NCBI GenBank assembly: GCA_963728915.1 | Contig: CAVSLV010000004.1 | Span: forward strand, 32,001 to 96,000 | DNA: 64,000 nt | Source of the DNA: an uncultured Gemmatimonadales bacterium | Lineage (GTDB): Bacteria; Gemmatimonadota; Gemmatimonadetes; Gemmatimonadales; GWC2-71-9 | Direction of reading: 5' to 3' | Shown: positions 60,281 to 64,000 of the stretch, piece after piece | Layout of the letters: every line of letters begins with the position of its first letter | How positions within the stretch are numbered: the first letter of the stretch is position 1 | Notes under the pieces: model-generated | Seen by the model: the letters and a program-made list of their open reading frames with translations, nothing else | The model's database searches: none | What the model was told of the DNA's origin: nothing | Position numbers and translations under genes: made by a program

Positions 60281-61075
60281 CGAGCTCCTCCTGCCAGGAC
60301 AGTGGGCCAGCCTCATGGTCAAGGTGACTCCAGATCGCGGACCGTTGTTAGCTCGGGCCGAACTGCACATCCCTGTGCAGATGTTGATTCACATTTCCAC
60401 CTCATGTGTCGAATCGTGTTTCGTCGCTGCGGGGACACGACTTCTGTGTCCACAAAAGTCCCACCCAACAACGTTGTAACCCGAAGAAAGACAGGCACTT
60501 GCGCGATTTCTTCCAGGCCCTATCTTGGTGGTGCGTCGCTGCCCAGGCAGCTTCCTACGGAAGTTGAATCGGGTGGTGGCAAGTTCGGGCGGTATATCAG
60601 GGGAGGTCAGGAGAACGCTCGCTCGTTCTCAGGATCGCAGATCCTGGTGGTCACATCGACCCGGACCGGTGGAGCCAGTCGCGTTGTTCCACCCGCTCCG
60701 ATGTGGCGCCTCGGAGTGCAGTGCGGAAGGTCGGTCCGCGACCCGATCGATTCGCAGCGCTTGCGTGAACGAACCAGGTGGGATTGGCCATCCGGCCTGG
60801 GGATCGAAACTGAGGCCTGACTCCGCCCTCCCGAGAGGTGATCAACCAGACGGTGGCGGAGGAGAGAAGAACGGCGGCGTAAGCTCCGACTTCAGTAGGT
60901 TCACGCTGGGACGGCCGTGACGGCGCAAGCTGTGCGGCCGTTCCGATTTTGTGGCAGGCGGTCCGCCGGTCCGCCTCCGTTGGTGCATTACCCATCCCCG
61001 CCACGCGTCTCCTCCCCCGAGGGACCAGAAATGGGACCAGAGCATCCTTACCCATGGCTCTACGGGTGACAACCT

Positions 61076-61495
61076 ATGCCTACAATGATTGACTCCAGAC
61101 CTGTTCTAATTGTCAGCAGTGACCGGTCCCGCGCCGAGCAGCTCGCTGAGCCGCTGCGCCAGTCCGGAACGACCGTTACCACCGAAACCCACGGCCCATC
61201 GGCAGCCGCCCTTCTCGCTGCCGCTACGGTCGGAGCCCCAGGAGAAGGACCCGGACTTCTCGTCCTGGATCTGAGTCTCCCCGAGCTCGATTTTCAGCGT
61301 CTGCGAGAGGCCCTGGGCGAAAGTGCTCCACCTCCCGAGCCTCTGGAAGCGGTCGAGCGGAGGCAGATCGCCGCCATGCTCCGGCACACCGGGGGGAACC
61401 GCCGGAAGGCGGCGCAGCTCCTTGGCCTGGCGCGCTCCACACTCCTCGCAAAGATCCGCCGTTATCATTTGGAAGGAACGTCCTCCGAGGGATAG
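61076..61495 (+). CDS. truncated receiver-like domain fused to a Fis-type HTH
   Basis: VLIVS...LLVLDLSLPELD then PLEAVERRQI...L..TGGNRRKAAQLLGLARSTL..KI..Y. Confidence 0.78.
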   Translation: MPTMIDSRPVLIVSSDRSRAEQLAEPLRQSGTTVTTETHGPSAAALLAAATVGAPGEGPGLLVLDLSLPELDFQRLREALGESAPPPEPLEAVERRQIAAMLRHTGGNRRKAAQLLGLARSTLLAKIRRYHLEGTSSEG

Positions 61496-61522
61496 CTGAA
61501 CAACCTCCAGATCAAACTTTCA

Positions 61523-62062
61523 GTGCTCGGCCTGGCGCTGTGCGCCTGGCCGAGCTTTGCTCAGGTGCGTTGGGGGGCGGCTGCGGTCAGCACCGGCAGC
61601 CTGAGCTTCGACGGCAAGTCGACCCTGGGTGACTTTACCGGCGTCAGCGACTCCGTTAGCGGGCAGATGACCGCAGGAGCCCTTTCCGAAGTGCGTGGCT
61701 GGGTGGAAGCCCCGGTTCGGACCCTCAAGACCGGGAACAACCGCCGGGATCGCGACCTGGTCAAGACCATGGAAGCGGATATCTATCCGACCATCCGGTT
61801 CATTCTGGATGGAGTGGAGCCCCAAGGACCGGAGCGAGACAGCACGTCGGTCATGCTGAGCGGAAGGTTCTTCATACACGGAAAGACCCGCGCAGAGCGT
61901 TTCCCCGCCATCGTCCAGCGAACCTCGGGTGGGGTGCGGGCAACTGCGACGTTTCCGATGAACCTCAAGGACTACGAGATCACCAATCTGACCCGCTTCC
62001 TCGTGCTGAAGATGAATCCGGATATCGTGGTTCATGTGGATGTGACGTTCGGCGGGCGGTGA
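61523..62062 (+). CDS. YceI family protein
   Basis: Signal peptide; S.LSF..KST..DFTG, LKTGN..RDRDL, YPTIRF, G...IHGKT. Confidence 0.85.
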   Translation: MLGLALCAWPSFAQVRWGAAAVSTGSLSFDGKSTLGDFTGVSDSVSGQMTAGALSEVRGWVEAPVRTLKTGNNRRDRDLVKTMEADIYPTIRFILDGVEPQGPERDSTSVMLSGRFFIHGKTRAERFPAIVQRTSGGVRATATFPMNLKDYEITNLTRFLVLKMNPDIVVHVDVTFGGR

Positions 62063-62064
62063 CC

Positions 62065-62502
62065 TCACCGGGATTCTCGCACCCGTCCGAGCCTCGATAC
62101 GACGATCCTCCTGGTAACATCGCCCTTCACGAGGACGTGGGTGGTATTGGAGGCTCCGAGCCCGACGCCATCGGGACCGAAGATGGCGGTATGAGGGTTT
62201 TGCAGGGTGACTCCCGCGACGTTCGGACCGGGCTGGAGCATGACCAGGATCGTATCGGGATCGGCGGCCCCACGGACGGTGCGAATCGCGATGGAATCGG
62301 GAGCAATCCGGAGAATCGCGAGCCGCTGCTCTGTACGCGCGGCAATCCAGGCTTGCCGGTAGGCTGCCACAATTCTGGCCGCCTGGTGCTCGACCGCGAT
62401 CCGGTCCGCGCTCCGGCTGGCCCCCGGGACGATGATCGCCGTCACGATCCCGATGACGACCAGCACGATGAGCATCTCGACCAGGGTGTACCCTTTGCGC
62501 AT
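62065..62502 (-). CDS. prepilin-type N-terminal cleavage/methylation protein (GspH/FimT-like)
   Basis: MRKG|YTLVEMLIVLVVIGI class III signal; F.PDG and VSRLGRVR at the C-terminus. Confidence 0.87.
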   Translation of the reverse strand: MRKGYTLVEMLIVLVVIGIVTAIIVPGASRSADRIAVEHQAARIVAAYRQAWIAARTEQRLAILRIAPDSIAIRTVRGAADPDTILVMLQPGPNVAGVTLQNPHTAIFGPDGVGLGASNTTHVLVKGDVTRRIVVSRLGRVRESR

Positions 62503-62600
62503 GCGCCACGATAGGGCCCTGGCCAGGGAATCCGGGATCGTTTTCCCGCGAGTCGGATCATTTTGTAACTTCCACCAGTCTCAAACCTCAGGACACCGAC

Positions 62601-63170
62601 ATGCCGTACGTCTTTCTCGCGGTTCTCGTCGTGCTCGCGATCTGGGTGATCGGGGCCTATAACGGACTGGTCGCGCTCAAGAACCAGGTCGTGAATGCCT
62701 GGAAGCAGATCGACGTACAGCTCAAGCGCCGGCACGATCTGATTCCCAACCTGGTGAACACGGTGAAGGGGTACATGCAGTACGAGCAATCCACCCTCGA
62801 GGCGGTGATCGCCGCGCGCAACAAGGCGGTGGCCGCGCAGGGAGTGGGCGCCACCGCCCGCGCCGAGGGAGAGCTGTCCCAGGCGCTGGGACGGTTGTTC
62901 GCGCTCCAGGAGAAGTACCCTGAGCTCAAGAGCTCCCAGAACGTGCTGCAGCTCCAGGAAGAGCTGACCAGCACCGAGAACAAGGTCGGATTTGCCCGGC
63001 AGCTCTACAACGATGTCGCCACCCAGTACAACACCCGGCAGGCCCAGTTCCCGACCAGCCTGGTGGCCGGCCTGGCCAAGGCCAGTCCCGCCGAGCTCTG
63101 GGAAATCGAAGACGGGAGCGAGCGGGCTGTGCCGGAGGTCAACCTTTCGTTCACCAAGCCGGTGGTGTGA
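62601..63170 (+). CDS. lemA: LemA family protein
   Basis: YNGLV, AWKQIDVQLKRRHDLIPNLV, YPELKS, TENKV.FARQ.YN. Confidence 0.95.
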   Translation: MPYVFLAVLVVLAIWVIGAYNGLVALKNQVVNAWKQIDVQLKRRHDLIPNLVNTVKGYMQYEQSTLEAVIAARNKAVAAQGVGATARAEGELSQALGRLFALQEKYPELKSSQNVLQLQEELTSTENKVGFARQLYNDVATQYNTRQAQFPTSLVAGLAKASPAELWEIEDGSERAVPEVNLSFTKPVV

Positions 63171-64000
63171 GCGACCAGAATCTCTTTGCGCAGCAGGAGG
63201 CCAACCGGCGCAAGTCGCGCTGGCTGGTCATCGGCTTCATCCTGTTCTTCGCCTGGGTCGGGTTCGGGGGAGACCTCGCCTTCTTCCTCCAGACCCGTGA
63301 CCTCCCGCCCGGGCACTACCACCACGTGGTGCCGTTCATCGGGCTCGCTGCGCTGGCCTTCGCGGCAGGAACCACGAGGTACGCCTGGGTCAGCGGCGCC
63401 AAGCGGGTGCTGGACGCGTCAATGGCTCAGGAGCTGGTCAACCCCGCCACGCCGGAGCTCAAGCGGCTGGACAACGTGGTGGAAGAGATGGCCATCGCGG
63501 CGGGCATTCCGAAGCCGAAGATCTGGATCGTTCCGGATCCCGACCCCAATGCCTTCGCCACCGGCAACGACCCGATGCACGCAAACATCGCGGTGACCGA
63601 GGGGCTGCTCCGGGTGCTCGATCGGGACGAGCTCCAGGGGGTGATCGCGCATGAAATGTCCCACATCCGGAACTTCGATACCCGACTGATGACGCTGCTC
63701 GCGGCGATGGTCGGGTCCATCATCCTGATGTCGAATGTGCTGCGGCGGTCGCTCTGGGGCGGGAGAGGGGGAAGGCGGGGCGGGGAGAAGTCCAAAGGGC
63801 CTCTCGGGGCCGTGATCCTGGTGGCCTGGCTGCTCACCCTCGTCATCGCGCCCATCGTCGGGGCTTTGCTTCAGATGGGGGTGAGCCGGAAGCGGGAGCT
63901 CCTCGCCGACGCGACCGGCGCCCAGCTCAACCGGAATCCACTCGCCCTGGCCCGAGCGCTCGAGAAGATCGACGGCGAGGCCGCCCCGACCACCCACGTG
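63167..64000 (+). CDS. htpX: M48 zinc metalloprotease HtpX-like (3' end outside window)
   Basis: Manual translation from GTG 63167: NRRKS, NVVEEMAIAAG.P.P, PNAFATG, VTEGLL, GVIAHEMSHI (HExxH), SRKRELLAD. Confidence 0.88.
   Translation, partial: MSDQNLFAQQEANRRKSRWLVIGFILFFAWVGFGGDLAFFLQTRDLPPGHYHHVVPFIGLAALAFAAGTTRYAWVSGAKRVLDASMAQELVNPATPELKRLDNVVEEMAIAAGIPKPKIWIVPDPDPNAFATGNDPMHANIAVTEGLLRVLDRDELQGVIAHEMSHIRNFDTRLMTLLAAMVGSIILMSNVLRRSLWGGRGGRRGGEKSKGPLGAVILVAWLLTLVIAPIVGALLQMGVSRKRELLADATGAQLNRNPLALARALEKIDGEAAPTTHV

Noticed and set aside
60302..61072. ORFs 60302..60820, 60525..60920, 60651..61055 and 60842..61072 as genes
   Set aside because: No recognisable motifs, mutually overlapping, and no clear third-position GC bias; not called, though not excluded

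Overview
High-GC (roughly two-thirds G+C by eye), densely coding bacterial chromosomal segment with about 57 credible genes. No rRNA, tRNA, CRISPR array, transposase or integrase was recognisable. Gene content (DUF4403, DUF6526, VPS10/BNR hydrolase, CehA/McbA-PD40 fusion, orphan TonB-plug proteins, many secreted peptidases/amidohydrolases) suggests Gemmatimonadota; this is inference only. Main blocks: exported hydrolases (GGT, serine hydrolase, PtrB, amidase, two YtcJ-type amidohydrolases, S9 peptidase); coaA; tandem class-III aminotransferases; ada; an SSS-nucleotidyltransferase-GHMP kinase operon; a GMC/subunit-3/TIM-barrel glycoside-oxidation operon; potABCD-like transporter; RND efflux; glnA; bcp-PD40-lepB; csp; lemA-htpX. 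Most notable: (1) a four-domain multicopper oxidase whose Cu ligands sit only in the two middle domains, in reversed order; (2) a candidate acidic-sugar salvage operon whose GalK-like kinase has Glu->Lys in the sugar-binding signature; (3) widespread TANNNT boxes 5-10 nt before start codons (leaderless signature), including a 22-bp bidirectional promoter and a shared CATG head-to-head start; (4) a palindromic operator over the glnA -35; (5) an unexplained ~800-bp structured gap. All product calls come from motif recognition by eye; no searches were run.
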